NCBI GenBank assembly: GCA_963664815.2
Contig: CAXXHB010000003.1
Span: 1,376,001-1,440,000, forward strand
Source of the DNA: Spirochaetota bacterium
GTDB taxonomy: Bacteria > Spirochaetota > UBA4802 > UBA5550
Direction of reading: 5' to 3'
Length of the DNA: 64,000 nucleotides
Part shown: positions 39,219-50,062 of the stretch, piece after piece
Position numbering within the stretch: the first letter of the stretch is position 1
Layout: every line of letters starts with the position of its first letter
Program-made: the position numbers and the translations under genes
Notes under the pieces: model-generated
Told to the model about the DNA's origin: nothing
The model's input: the letters and a program-made list of their open reading frames with translations, nothing else
The model's database searches: none

Positions 39219-41969
39219 ATGAAACCTTCCATTTTTCGGCCCTGTTTAGTGTCCTTAAGTGTTCTGTTGTTTGCACTGCTTCTGGTCAGCGTTACACCTG
39301 TAAATGCTGCTGATGGAAAAAAATGGGATGGGAAGACATATCCGTTCAAACTTCTTGATCCATCGAAAGCAAACAGCGTGAGTAATCCCTTTATTATCGA
39401 TACCGCCGGCAAGCTTGCGTATTTTTCATGGCTGGCTTCCAGAGGGAATGATATGGATTTCGATATGGCTGCATACGGCAGAGAAAACGGACTCAAAGGT
39501 CTGCAGGCCGCATTTAAAGATAATTTTGTGAAGCTTACTGCGGATCTTGATATGAATGGTTCCAGGTTTGAATTAACCGCCATTATGGGTATGTCTGTAA
39601 ATTTTGACGGTGGCGGGCATGTGATTGATAACCTGTGCATCAGCGATAAAAAAACCAAAACGATTATCGACGCGACAGAGGGTACTGTTGAAATATATCT
39701 GGGGCTTTTCCAGGATGCTGAATCAATAAGAAATCTCGGTATCGGCAAAGGATCAACGATCACCTTCTATGGCGGATCCAGCTATACAAATTCAGTCTTT
39801 GCGGCCGGTGTTGCTGCAGGTGCTAACCTTGTAGATAACTGTTTCAGCGATGCCACAGTGAAGATAAACGGAGAGGGAGATGCCCTCGTTGCGGGGGTTG
39901 TGGCTCAATGTGCATATGTAACCAACTCATATAACCGCGGTTCCGTTATAATTATTGGCAAAGTTATAAATTCAAGGGCAAAAAACAAACAGGGAAGAAT
40001 AGAACCGGGTGAGTTGAGGGTTGGCGGGGTGTGTGCACGGTTTGACAAAAAAATCTCGGGCTGTTACAATACCGGCTCTATTACCGTTAAGTCTTCCGGT
40101 GCAGTTGTTGAAATCGGCGGAGTTTCCGCAAATCAGAACGGTGGTGTGTGTACGGATCTCTATAATTCAGGAAGTATACATCTGGCTGCAGATGGCCATA
40201 TCAAAAACGCCGGTATTGGCGGTGTGCTTGGTGTCGGAACTCCTGCTTTGGCGCTCCCATGGAAGCCGATCAAATACGTTGATTCGGGATATATATATAA
40301 TAAAGGGAATATCGATGTTACGGTACAGAGCGGCGGTCAGATATTTGCGGGCGGAATATGCGGTTCTAATAAACCGGGATTCAACGGTATATGGCTGGGG
40401 TTCGCGGGCGGAATCAGCGGATGTATCAATACATATAATACAGGCTCAATATCTGTTGCTTCAAAAGAAAAGGTTGATGCTCTTGGCGCGGGTGGAATAG
40501 CCGGTTATGGAACCATGGTAATTAACAGCTACAATACCGGCAGCATTAAAGGAATCTCCGGAGCCGGAACAACACTGTACATCGGCGGCCTTGGAGGCAG
40601 TGCTGTGTATGTTCAGAACTGCTACAATATCGGCGCGGTGAGCGGAAAAGGTCCCGGTGATAATTTTACCGGGGGAATTGTGGGAAATGCCGTTGCAACA
40701 TGGGGGGAAACAGATAAAACACTGATAACCGCACTGAACGGCTTCTGGCTTAAACAGGCCAAAGAGGGTGGTGTCAACAGCGATATTAAATATGGCAAGG
40801 GTTCCTATTATTACATGACATTGAGCGATCTGAAGAAAAAGACCGGGGAAACTGAATTCCGCAAGCTTCTTGATGCTGTTGACAGGGAGAAGGAAGACCC
40901 TGACACCATGCATGAAGCTTCATACGGAGCAGTCTATTCATTCGAGAGCCCATCCTCATCCGTTATGACCAGAACAGATGACGGGCCGGGGAAAAGGGGG
41001 AATCTTAACGGCACGCTGCTTAACAATCTTAATAATATGGTAGAGGACAAAATAAACCGTTTATACCGCAGATGGGTTATTGACGGATCAAACGGCGGAT
41101 ATCCGGTGTTATCGTCCAAACCGACTATTTACAGCAGCACTCCTGAAAAGCCCGATGCCTCTGTCGCCAAACAGATCGCCGGAGGGTACCTGGGGGAGAA
41201 TAAGCAATGGACAGACAATATCACGCTGAACGCTGACGGCACTTTTAAACGGGCCAACGGCGGCGATGGCGGGAACTGGCTGTTCAACGGGAAGAGGCTG
41301 ATACTCCTGTGGTCAAAGTGGGAGCCTGAGATTCTTGAACAGAAATCCGAGGGGGTATTCTCTTCGAATGTTTACGATTTCAAACTGACACGCTCCGGCT
41401 CTTCGAAACTGGAAGATAAACCGGATGCAGCAACAGCAGGTAAGCTTGCGGGAGTATATTCTGCCGAGCACAGGTACTGGACCGATAATATTATAATCAA
41501 CGGCGACGGCACATTCAAAAAAGCCTCAGACGGCGATAACGGTACATGGTCTTTTGACGGGAAGAAGCTGATGCTCAAGTGGTCAAAGTGGGCACCGGAA
41601 ATTCTTGAGCTGAAGTCTGATGGTTCATTCTCCTGTAAGATCTACAGGTTTAAGCTGACGCGCTCCGCCGCATCCAGGCCTGATAATTCCGCAAAAGATA
41701 CTCTTACCCCGGCCGAAAAACCGGATGCAAAGATAGCAAAACTGGTAGCAGGAGTGTATTATGCCCAGCACAGGGACTGGACCAGCACTGTCACAATTAA
41801 TGCTGACGGCACCTTCAGGCGTGACAGCAACGGAGATGGAGGTACATGGACAAGCTCTGATGGGAGGACACTTGTTCTCAAATGGTACAAGTCGGCACCA
41901 GAGACCCTGCAGAAATCGGCGACCGGGTTCTATTGTCCTGCATATAAGTTCACTCTCAGGCAACGCTGA
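39219..41969 (+). CDS. large secreted protein with GLUG-like repeats and three C-terminal ~90-aa repeats
   Basis: Signal peptide; repeated YNxGxI..GGxxG units; triple KPDA..AG.Y...WT...NADGTF...GD.G.W...W.PE.L. Confidence 0.75.
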   Translation: MKPSIFRPCLVSLSVLLFALLLVSVTPVNAADGKKWDGKTYPFKLLDPSKANSVSNPFIIDTAGKLAYFSWLASRGNDMDFDMAAYGRENGLKGLQAAFKDNFVKLTADLDMNGSRFELTAIMGMSVNFDGGGHVIDNLCISDKKTKTIIDATEGTVEIYLGLFQDAESIRNLGIGKGSTITFYGGSSYTNSVFAAGVAAGANLVDNCFSDATVKINGEGDALVAGVVAQCAYVTNSYNRGSVIIIGKVINSRAKNKQGRIEPGELRVGGVCARFDKKISGCYNTGSITVKSSGAVVEIGGVSANQNGGVCTDLYNSGSIHLAADGHIKNAGIGGVLGVGTPALALPWKPIKYVDSGYIYNKGNIDVTVQSGGQIFAGGICGSNKPGFNGIWLGFAGGISGCINTYNTGSISVASKEKVDALGAGGIAGYGTMVINSYNTGSIKGISGAGTTLYIGGLGGSAVYVQNCYNIGAVSGKGPGDNFTGGIVGNAVATWGETDKTLITALNGFWLKQAKEGGVNSDIKYGKGSYYYMTLSDLKKKTGETEFRKLLDAVDREKEDPDTMHEASYGAVYSFESPSSSVMTRTDDGPGKRGNLNGTLLNNLNNMVEDKINRLYRRWVIDGSNGGYPVLSSKPTIYSSTPEKPDASVAKQIAGGYLGENKQWTDNITLNADGTFKRANGGDGGNWLFNGKRLILLWSKWEPEILEQKSEGVFSSNVYDFKLTRSGSSKLEDKPDAATAGKLAGVYSAEHRYWTDNIIINGDGTFKKASDGDNGTWSFDGKKLMLKWSKWAPEILELKSDGSFSCKIYRFKLTRSAASRPDNSAKDTLTPAEKPDAKIAKLVAGVYYAQHRDWTSTVTINADGTFRRDSNGDGGTWTSSDGRTLVLKWYKSAPETLQKSATGFYCPAYKFTLRQR

Positions 41970-42122
41970 CCGGGTTATTGAACTATACAGATAAATTTAA
42001 AACCGGGGAAAGTTATGAAGAAATATTTTGTTGCTGCAATACTGCTGCTTTGCACTACACAGTTTCTGTTCTGACTAAAAGAAAGGAAAAAAGTGAGCAA
42101 ACAGGTTTTCCATCCAGGTATA

Positions 42123-43334
42123 TTAAAAATATCTGGCAAGCAGTTCACCGGCCCTTGCATTTCCCAGTCCGGAGGCCTTTATCAAATCCTTTTCCGCCTC
42201 CTTAAGTCTGTTTAATGAAAAATGAAGAACTCCTCTTCTTAAATAACCGTCGGGGTATGATGGGGCTGATTTTATTGCCGAGGTGAAATCCTCGAGGGCC
42301 TTATCAAAAAGTTCCATCTTTACATAAGTTTCACCCCTGTACAAAAGGCACTCGGAGTCTTCCGGATTTTTCAGTATTACCCTGGTAAAATCTTCACATG
42401 CCGCCGGGTAATTCCCCGATTCATAAAGTGCATTAGCCCTGTTGAAAAATATGCAGGTATCTTCAGGATCGAGTTTTAAAGCTTCGTTGTATATTGCAAT
42501 TGCCCTGCTGAATTCATGTTTTTCGTAAAGAGTGATTCCTCTGTCAATTAACTCAGCGATCTTTTTTTTATTTCCGGAGATGTCCGGAGAGACTGCACCA
42601 TGTGCTGTCAGCATATCATGCATTTTCTGTTTATCAGCTTTATTGTCCGGAAGGATATAGTGTGTCAGTATAAAGAGGGGAGTTTCGCCGCCTCTGTTTT
42701 TTATATTCGGGTCTGCCCCGTTTTTAAGCAGTGTTTCCATAACATCTGATCTGAGAAAAAAAACCGTGAGGTGAAGCGGTGTCATACCGTCAGCATTGAC
42801 AGCGTTTTTATCCGCTCTGTGTTTAAGTAAAGATTCTGTCATTTCTTTATTGCCCCAATAGGCAGCCTTGTGAAGCGGAGTTTCATTTTCGTTGTCTGTT
42901 ATATCAACACTGGTGTAATGCCTGATAAGGTATTCCCCCGTTTCCAGATCTTTAAAATATGCTGCGAAGTGGAGAGGTGTCTCGTTTTTCTCTGTTACAG
43001 CAAGCGGTTCTGCGTGATTTTCTATAAGAAACCTGATCATGCTTAATGTGTCTCCCCGGGATAAACAGGCCGAATGCAGAGGGGTCATCTCTTTTATTCC
43101 TCTGCAGTTGACATCAGCATTACAGCTTAAGAGTTTCTTCGCGGCATCCATGTAATTATTGGCTGCAGAAATATGGAGCAGAGAGTTGTGGCCGTTTACA
43201 GGTGCATTGATATTTTTACCGTTTTTAATTATTTTATCAGCTTTTTCTGTTATCTCCTTTTCCGTGAATGTTTTTCCTGAGTTGAACAGTCTTTTAAATA
43301 GTTCCATCATAATGGATACCTCCGATTGTTCCAA
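42123..43334 (-). CDS. ankyrin-repeat plus TPR protein
   Basis: Multiple TPLH ankyrin motifs; C-terminal TPRs. Confidence 0.88.
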   Translation of the reverse strand: MEQSEVSIMMELFKRLFNSGKTFTEKEITEKADKIIKNGKNINAPVNGHNSLLHISAANNYMDAAKKLLSCNADVNCRGIKEMTPLHSACLSRGDTLSMIRFLIENHAEPLAVTEKNETPLHFAAYFKDLETGEYLIRHYTSVDITDNENETPLHKAAYWGNKEMTESLLKHRADKNAVNADGMTPLHLTVFFLRSDVMETLLKNGADPNIKNRGGETPLFILTHYILPDNKADKQKMHDMLTAHGAVSPDISGNKKKIAELIDRGITLYEKHEFSRAIAIYNEALKLDPEDTCIFFNRANALYESGNYPAACEDFTRVILKNPEDSECLLYRGETYVKMELFDKALEDFTSAIKSAPSYPDGYLRRGVLHFSLNRLKEAEKDLIKASGLGNARAGELLARYF

Positions 43335-43617
43335 TATCTATATACCAGGCAGTTCTTTTATATCTGTTGCATAATATAGATTTAAAAGTAAAAAACAATT
43401 ATTTTTAATATTTTATAATTTTTTGCATGATCTTTCTGAATTAAATAGTATATGCCGCTTCGGATCATGGAATGGGATGAAATAAAACTGTGATTGACCT
43501 GGCTAAAAAACGAATTTTAAAATATTATATTAAAAATGACCTTGACTTTTAAATTTTATATGTCGTAATAGGTATATATCAGTTATTATGCCATGTGCAT
43601 TACGGAGAAAAGATAAA

Positions 43618-43887
43618 ATGAATATTTATGTAGGTAACCTGTCGTATAAAATGACAGATGAAGATTTGGGGAGTTTATTTAATTCATACGGTACAGTATC
43701 TCAAAGCAAAATTGTTATCGACAGGGAGACTGGACGTTCCAAGGGCTTCGGATTTGTTGAGATGCCCAATCAGTCTGAAGGTGATGAAGCAATCAGGCAG
43801 CTGGATGGGAAAGAGGTTGACGGCAGAAACATTAAAGTTAACGTTGCAAAACCTAAAGAGGATAAACCACGCAGAAATCAAAGATAA
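43618..43887 (+). CDS. RRM RNA-binding protein
   Basis: MNIYVGNL (RNP2) and KGFGFVEM (RNP1). Confidence 0.95.
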   Translation: MNIYVGNLSYKMTDEDLGSLFNSYGTVSQSKIVIDRETGRSKGFGFVEMPNQSEGDEAIRQLDGKEVDGRNIKVNVAKPKEDKPRRNQR

Positions 43888-43984
43888 TAAACAGAAATCC
43901 TGCTATGATTACTTTCGTTCATGTATGTAGGATGTTCATCTGGACGAAAGTAAAGATTTGAAATGACATTTTAAGGATGAAAAA

Positions 43985-44176
43985 TTGGCCAGAAATAACT
44001 ATCAATATGAAAAGCGGCAGAGAGACATAGCAAAGAAAAAAAAGCAGGATGAAAAACGTCAGAAGAAGCTCAATAAAACATTGAATCCTGAAGACGATAA
44101 TTCAGATACTGACAATGATTTAAATGAGAATGATTTAACAGAAGATTCTGATAATGAAGATGAAAAAAAGGAATAA
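43985..44176 (+). CDS. small basic/acidic hypothetical protein
   Basis: TTG start after AAGGA; NYQYEKRQRDIAKKKKQDEKRQKK. Confidence 0.6.
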   Translation: MARNNYQYEKRQRDIAKKKKQDEKRQKKLNKTLNPEDDNSDTDNDLNENDLTEDSDNEDEKKE

Positions 44177-44276
44177 GTTGTAATATTATTCACCCCGGAA
44201 AATCCCTTTTGCAGTATCAATACTTTTGTGATTGTTTGTGAAATTATTAAACAAAATATTTATTATGGCTTATTAG

Positions 44277-45092
44277 ATGAAAAAGGTAAGGCTTGACCTG
44301 TTGCTTGTTGAGCGGGGATACTCTAAGTCTGTTGAGAAGGCGAAAAAGGAGATTCTCTCCGGATGGGTCAAGGTAAGCGGCGAGACTTGTCGAAATCCTT
44401 CGTTGAAAATTTCAGGCAAAGAAGAAATCATCGTAGAAAGGCCCGGCGGTCAGTTTGTAAGCCGCGGTGGAGACAAACTGCTGCATGCTATAAATGAATT
44501 TAATATAGACATGGTGAATCTTGTTGCCCTTGATCTCGGCGCTTCTACAGGGGGATTTACCGATTGTATGTTGAAATCTGGAGCGGCAAAAGTATATGCT
44601 CTTGATGTAGGGTATAACCAGATTGATTATTCACTCAGGATTGATCCCCGGGTGGTTGTTATGGAAAAAATTCATGCCAGGGATATAAGGAAAGATTTGT
44701 TTCAGGATCATGTAGATTTTTTTACTGCGGATCTTTCATTTATATCTATTTTAAAAATTCTCCCCTCTGTTTATTCGGTTTTTGATAAAATCACAGGAGT
44801 AATACTGTTAAAACCCCAGTTTGAGGCGGAACCTTCGCAGCATATTAAAGGCATTGTCACTGATCCTGACTGTCATAAAGAGATTCTTTACAGGGTAGCT
44901 TCCGGTATTATAGAAACAGGTTTTGAAATAAAAGGGATTACTTATTCACCGATTAAAGGTCATTCCGGTAATATTGAATTTTTATTACTTCTGGTAAGAG
45001 ATAGTGCCGGTACAGAGATGCCCGCTTATAAAGATTCATTGAAAAACATAATATCTGCTGTTGTAGAAACTGCACATAACATCCTGAAGTGA
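44277..45092 (+). CDS. tlyA: TlyA family rRNA methyltransferase
   Basis: S4 domain; VSRGGDKL, DLGASTGGFTD and KPQFE motifs. Confidence 0.93.
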   Translation: MKKVRLDLLLVERGYSKSVEKAKKEILSGWVKVSGETCRNPSLKISGKEEIIVERPGGQFVSRGGDKLLHAINEFNIDMVNLVALDLGASTGGFTDCMLKSGAAKVYALDVGYNQIDYSLRIDPRVVVMEKIHARDIRKDLFQDHVDFFTADLSFISILKILPSVYSVFDKITGVILLKPQFEAEPSQHIKGIVTDPDCHKEILYRVASGIIETGFEIKGITYSPIKGHSGNIEFLLLLVRDSAGTEMPAYKDSLKNIISAVVETAHNILK

Positions 45093-45356
45093 TAAAAAAA
45101 ACGAATTAAATATTTTTCTTGTTGCTTATTTTCAGCCGGTTTTTTAGAAAATATCAGCTTAATATATAAAATGTGCCGGTTATTATTCAAAATTTAAAAA
45201 ATAAGTCTGATATTTCAGAATTCTCTTAAACGCACTTCATAATGCAGTTATTCGGTATATAATGCCCGGAGTTTATCCTGTCAGAAGTGTAGACTATTTA
45301 TAAAGAGTATCCTGTTATAACAATATTTTGAATATAATAATCACAAGGAGAGATCA

Positions 45357-46610
45357 ATGAAAATATTAGCATTAAATTGCGGAAGCTCCTCTTTAAAATA
45401 CCAGTTATTTGACTGGGAAAAAAAAGAAGTTGTTGCAATCGGTATCGTCGAGAGAATCGGTATTGATGGTTCATTTATCAAACATGAAGTCCCTGCAAAA
45501 GACAAAGAGATCAAGACAGAAACTCCAATTCCGGATCATAAAGTAGGTATCCAGCTTGTTCTTGACGCTCTTGTTAAGGGAGATGGTGCTGTTATCGGCG
45601 GAATGTCTGAAATCTCAGCAGTAGGCCACAGGGTTGTTCATGGCGGAGAAAAATTCAATCACAGTGTTCTCATTGATGATAAAGTAATTGATGCCATTAA
45701 AGCTGTTTCGCATCTTGCGCCGCTTCATAATCCGGCAAACCTTATTGGTATAGAAGCAGCAATCGAAGCGCTTCCGGGATGCCCCCAGGTTGCGATTTTT
45801 GACACAGCTTTCCATCAGACAATGCCGAATTATGCGTATATGTATCCTGTACCTCATGAATGGTATGATAAATTTGCTGTAAGAAGATATGGTTTCCACG
45901 GAACAAGTCATCTCTATGTTTCAAAAAGAGCGGCTGATCTCCTGGGAAAATCTCCGAAGGACTGCAACATCATAACTATGCATATTGGTAACGGAGTTTC
46001 CTGTTCAGCAATCAGAAACGGTATCAGCGTTGATACATCAATGGGTCTTACACCTCTTGAAGGTGCAGTAATGGGTACAAGATCCGGTGATATTGACCCG
46101 GCGATACCAATGTTCATGCAGAATGAACTCGGCGTTGGTGCAAAAGAGATGGACACTATACTCAATAAAAAATCCGGTCTTCTCGGTATAACCGGAAAAT
46201 TTACAGACAGGCGCGATATCCTTTCAGGTGCAGAATCCGGCGACGAAAAATGCAAGCTTGCAGTTGATATGGAATGCTATAAACTGAGAAAAATACTCGG
46301 TTCCTATGCAGCAGCGCTTGGTAAAGTGGATGCAATCGTGTTTACAGCCGGAGTTGGTGAAAACGCAGGAGATATCAGGCAGAAGGTTCTTGAAGGTCTT
46401 GACTGTCTTGGAATTGTTATAGATAAAGAGAAAAACCTCGGAACAAGATCCAAACATGGCGAAACCCTTATTTCAAAACCCGATTCAAAAATAAAAGTAT
46501 ATGTAATACCGACAAACGAAGAGCTTGTATTTGTTGAGGATGTTGTTGGAATCATGAATAAAACATATGATGATCATATGGTTTATAAGTATACTTTCCT
46601 TAAAAAATAG
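45357..46610 (+). CDS. ackA: acetate kinase
   Basis: NCGSSSLK, GHRVVHGG, APLHNP, YGFHGTSH and TNEE motifs. Confidence 0.97.
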   Translation: MKILALNCGSSSLKYQLFDWEKKEVVAIGIVERIGIDGSFIKHEVPAKDKEIKTETPIPDHKVGIQLVLDALVKGDGAVIGGMSEISAVGHRVVHGGEKFNHSVLIDDKVIDAIKAVSHLAPLHNPANLIGIEAAIEALPGCPQVAIFDTAFHQTMPNYAYMYPVPHEWYDKFAVRRYGFHGTSHLYVSKRAADLLGKSPKDCNIITMHIGNGVSCSAIRNGISVDTSMGLTPLEGAVMGTRSGDIDPAIPMFMQNELGVGAKEMDTILNKKSGLLGITGKFTDRRDILSGAESGDEKCKLAVDMECYKLRKILGSYAAALGKVDAIVFTAGVGENAGDIRQKVLEGLDCLGIVIDKEKNLGTRSKHGETLISKPDSKIKVYVIPTNEELVFVEDVVGIMNKTYDDHMVYKYTFLKK

Positions 46611-46664
46611 TAATTGGCAGTTTATTCCTGTCTCAGGAAAACAGGCTGGAATAATTATATCAGG

Positions 46665-46698
46665 AGAGGCTTTTCTTTATGAAAAGCCTCTTTTTTTT
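46665..46698 (+). terminator. intrinsic terminator after ackA
   Basis: AGAGGCTTTTC...GAAAAGCCTCT followed by a T-run. Confidence 0.85.
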
Positions 46699-46800
46699 AT
46701 TTTTAAAATTTACCTGGTGAATTATTGTTGACCTGTCTTATTTTGAATGAAAAAATACAGATATATATGTAACTTAAATCAGTTTAACTGGTATATTAGA

Positions 46801-47004
46801 ACTATAGCATTTTACAATTGAAATAGAACACTCATTGCCATTCCCGCGAAGGGGAGAATCCCATAGAACAGGTATGATGAGATTCCGGCAGTTCAGTCAC
46901 GATGTCTGCCTGCAGGCACGAAACAGGATGTTTTTATAATGCCTGCCTTCGTAGTCACTAAGGCCGGAATCTCATGGTGCTGATCGTTTCGTAAATGCTG
47001 TAGT
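46801..47004. repeat. ~204-bp nested inverted-repeat element (MITE/REP-like or structured RNA)
   Basis: Ends ACTATAGCATTT/AAATGCTGTAGT; inner 13-bp ATGAGATTCCGGC/GCCGGAATCTCAT; REP-like CATTCCCGCGAAGGGGAGAATCC. Confidence 0.6.
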
Positions 47005-47069
47005 CATGTGAAATATAACAATTTCTGTTGCTTATACATTGCAGGTAATCATTCTTTGAGGATATCAGG

Positions 47070-47426
47070 ATGAAACAGATATATAAAATTTTAATCATTT
47101 TTATTATTATTTTTTCACAGACTGCCTATTCACTGGATCTGAAAGATCTTGCAGCTTATCCTGTGCCGTTCAATCCTCAGAAAAAAACGCTTACTATTGA
47201 TAATCCTTCAGGAACTCTGGGATCGCACAAGGTTACAGTTTCAATTTATGATATAAATGGAGATGAGGTTATTACAAAGACGCTCTCTTCCTTTCCTGTA
47301 AAATGGAACGGAAGAAACAGCAGCGGAAGATGTGTAAAGCCCGGATTATATATTCTTAAAATAGAAGTAGATGATGACTCCGGTGAATACGGAAAAAAGA
47401 TTATCCGCATCCTGATAGATTATTGA
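47070..47426 (+). CDS. secreted FlgD-Ig / T9SS-CTD-like single-domain protein
   Basis: AYPVPFNP...IYDING...WNGRN..G..VKPGLYI. Confidence 0.75.
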   Translation: MKQIYKILIIFIIIFSQTAYSLDLKDLAAYPVPFNPQKKTLTIDNPSGTLGSHKVTVSIYDINGDEVITKTLSSFPVKWNGRNSSGRCVKPGLYILKIEVDDDSGEYGKKIIRILIDY

Positions 47427-47439
47427 TGATGGTGCATTT

Positions 47440-48444
47440 ATGAAACTGAAGATATCAGCCATTATTTTACTTTTATTTACGGCCTCGGGTGTTTATGCGG
47501 GGAATGCCGGAAGCAGGGGGTCATACACAAGAGGGGGGTGGGCAGGCGCTGAGTATGCCGCATCAGGTATGACCGGGGAGGTTCTTGCCAATGATGTTTT
47601 TTCAATTTACTGGAACCCTGCGGGATTGGCCGAGCTTCGTACCAAGAAAAAACTTTCTGAAAGCCAGATAACTGAAAAGGCAAAGCAGGGGAAGCTTAAT
47701 GACATAACGGAAGATGACCTGCTGAATTTTTCCGAGGATGACAGCAATAAGCTTTTTTTTAACATCGGAGCATCCTATACAAATCTTGATCTTGACAGGG
47801 ATGCCGGTTTTGCCGGGTGCGCATTCAATCTTTTCAAAGGAGTGCTCGGCGCGGGCTACTATTCCATTGTATCTTCCGATATAGAAACAAGAGATGATTC
47901 GGGAACATTAACCGGTACTCAGAAATATTCAGGTTCTACCGGAATATTATCATATGCAATGCAGTGGAACATTCTGTCATTCGGTATATCCGCAAAGGGG
48001 TACTATGAGAAGATAGGTGAATCGACATATTCCGGCGCCGGCGCTGATGTCGGATTACAGATATTTATTCTTCCATTTATTAAACTCGGGATACTGGTAA
48101 GAGATGCGGGTGGATTCCTGAAACCGCAGAATGCGTCCGGCTCGGAAAACAGATATGACTTTTTCAATCCGCAGATAAAGACAGGAGTTGCATTCCTGAC
48201 TGATTCGGGTGTGAAGATAGCCATTTCCGGTTCAAAGAAACTTGAGCAGACGGATTTTGAATACGGTGCAGGGGTTGAATATGAAATATTGAAATTCTTA
48301 ACAATCAATACCGGTATAACTGATAATTATTTTTCAGCCGGATTTACCCTTAAGCTTATAAATATGGACGTTTCATATGCAATCAACTTCGACCAGATAG
48401 ATTTCGGTTATAATAATACTGTATCCATGGCTATGCTCTTTTGA
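47440..48444 (+). CDS. PorV/PorQ-like (FadL-fold) outer membrane barrel
   Basis: GA..AASG...SIYWNPAGL; beta-strand pattern; C-terminal Phe. Confidence 0.7.
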   Translation: MKLKISAIILLLFTASGVYAGNAGSRGSYTRGGWAGAEYAASGMTGEVLANDVFSIYWNPAGLAELRTKKKLSESQITEKAKQGKLNDITEDDLLNFSEDDSNKLFFNIGASYTNLDLDRDAGFAGCAFNLFKGVLGAGYYSIVSSDIETRDDSGTLTGTQKYSGSTGILSYAMQWNILSFGISAKGYYEKIGESTYSGAGADVGLQIFILPFIKLGILVRDAGGFLKPQNASGSENRYDFFNPQIKTGVAFLTDSGVKIAISGSKKLEQTDFEYGAGVEYEILKFLTINTGITDNYFSAGFTLKLINMDVSYAINFDQIDFGYNNTVSMAMLF

Positions 48445-49262
48445 TGAATACCGGGAAAAAAACCCGTATTATGGGGATATTGAATGTTACTCCCGATTCT
48501 TTTTATGACGGGGGAACATATAACAGCATTGATAAAGCAGCGGCTCATGCTGTGAAAATGTTTGAAGAGGGTGCCGACATCATAGATGTCGGGGGTGAGT
48601 CGACAAGACCAGGTGCAGATGATGTCAGCGTTAATGAAGAGATTGACCGGGTAGTTCCTGTAATAGAACGTATAATCAGGGATATGCCGCTCCCTGTATC
48701 GGTTGATACGACAAAATCTGAAGTTGCTCTTGAAGCTGTAAAAGCCGGGGCGTCTATAATAAATGATATAAGCGGACTTACATTTGACCCGGGAATTACA
48801 GATGTTGCCGCGAAGTACAAAACAGGCCTGATAATTATGCATATAAAAGGGACTCCTCATGATATGCAGAAAAATATTGTATATAATGATATTATAAAAG
48901 ATATACTTGATTTTTTAAATGTATCTATAAATAATGCATTGAACTGTGGTGTTTCAGGTGATAAAATTATTATTGATCCGGGCATAGGTTTTGGAAAGAG
49001 TATTGAACATAATTATACAATTCTTAATAATATAGAAAAATTAAGGGAAACAGGATATCCTGTTCTTGTGGGACTTTCGAGGAAGTCTCTGATCGGAAAG
49101 ATTTATGAAAAGGATGAGGACAGGCTTCCTGCTACAATCGCATTGAATGCAGTTGCTGTAAATAATGGTGCAGAGATTATCAGGGTGCATGATGTTAAAG
49201 CCCACCGGCTTGCCATGGAGAGTATAGACTTTTTAAAAGGACAGTGTCTTGACAGATGGTAG
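48444..49262 (+). CDS. folP: dihydropteroate synthase
   Basis: MGILNVTPDSFYDGG, GGESTRPG, DPGIGFGK, SRKS and IRVHDV motifs. Confidence 0.97.
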   Translation: MNTGKKTRIMGILNVTPDSFYDGGTYNSIDKAAAHAVKMFEEGADIIDVGGESTRPGADDVSVNEEIDRVVPVIERIIRDMPLPVSVDTTKSEVALEAVKAGASIINDISGLTFDPGITDVAAKYKTGLIIMHIKGTPHDMQKNIVYNDIIKDILDFLNVSINNALNCGVSGDKIIIDPGIGFGKSIEHNYTILNNIEKLRETGYPVLVGLSRKSLIGKIYEKDEDRLPATIALNAVAVNNGAEIIRVHDVKAHRLAMESIDFLKGQCLDRW

Positions 49263-50062
49263 AATTATTCAGTAATATAAGCGGTTCTATAACTTCATTC
49301 TGGGACTATTTCAGGAATGTCATTGATATACTGATTGTAGCTTATCTTTTTTACTGGACTTATACATTTCTGCTCAATACAAGGGCTGTACAGCTGATAA
49401 AGGGTGTGGTTGTAATTTTTATAGTTGCTGTAATCGCCGGTATTCTTCACCTTGATACGCTGGACTGGCTCATTAAAAATATAACTTCCTACCTGGTGAT
49501 TACTGTAATAATTCTTTTCCAGCCGGAATTGAGACGATTAATTACTAGATTCGGACAGAGAAACTGGCTTGTAAATGAGTCGAGCACCGAGTCATTCCAG
49601 CTTGATGAACTGGTTAACTCAGTTTTTGCAATGGCAGAGGAGAAAGTCGGCGCACTTATTGTAATAGAGAGAAATACAGGGCTTAAAAGCTTCGTTGAAT
49701 CGGGAGTGGTTGTGGACTCTATCATTTCTGAAGAGCTTATAAGGACTGTTTTTTTCCCTCTGACTCCGCTTCATGACGGTGCACTTATAATCCAGGAGGG
49801 GAGAATTGCCGGAGCTGCATGTTATCTTCCCCTTAGTGATTCAAAACAGATAAAAAAACATCATGGAGCCAGGCACAGGGCCGGGCTTGGAATAGCTGAA
49901 GAGACAGATGCGCTTGTAATAGTCACTTCTGAAGAGCGCGGAGAGATATCGATTATGGTTAACGGTAAGCTCATTTCAGGAATAAAGAACGGCGATCTTA
50001 AAAACATGATACTCTTCTTTATGAATCCTAAAACTGCTTATGAGGAGACATACAATATTTAA
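49256..50062 (+). CDS. cdaA: diadenylate cyclase CdaA
   Basis: 3 TM segments, FQPELRR, LHDGA and RHRAG motifs. Confidence 0.95.
   Translation: MVELFSNISGSITSFWDYFRNVIDILIVAYLFYWTYTFLLNTRAVQLIKGVVVIFIVAVIAGILHLDTLDWLIKNITSYLVITVIILFQPELRRLITRFGQRNWLVNESSTESFQLDELVNSVFAMAEEKVGALIVIERNTGLKSFVESGVVVDSIISEELIRTVFFPLTPLHDGALIIQEGRIAGAACYLPLSDSKQIKKHHGARHRAGLGIAEETDALVIVTSEERGEISIMVNGKLISGIKNGDLKNMILFFMNPKTAYEETYNI

Noticed and set aside
45230-45295. Purine riboswitch upstream of ackA
   Set aside because: TATAAT..GAGTTT is present but the conserved loops and TCTACC core are absent
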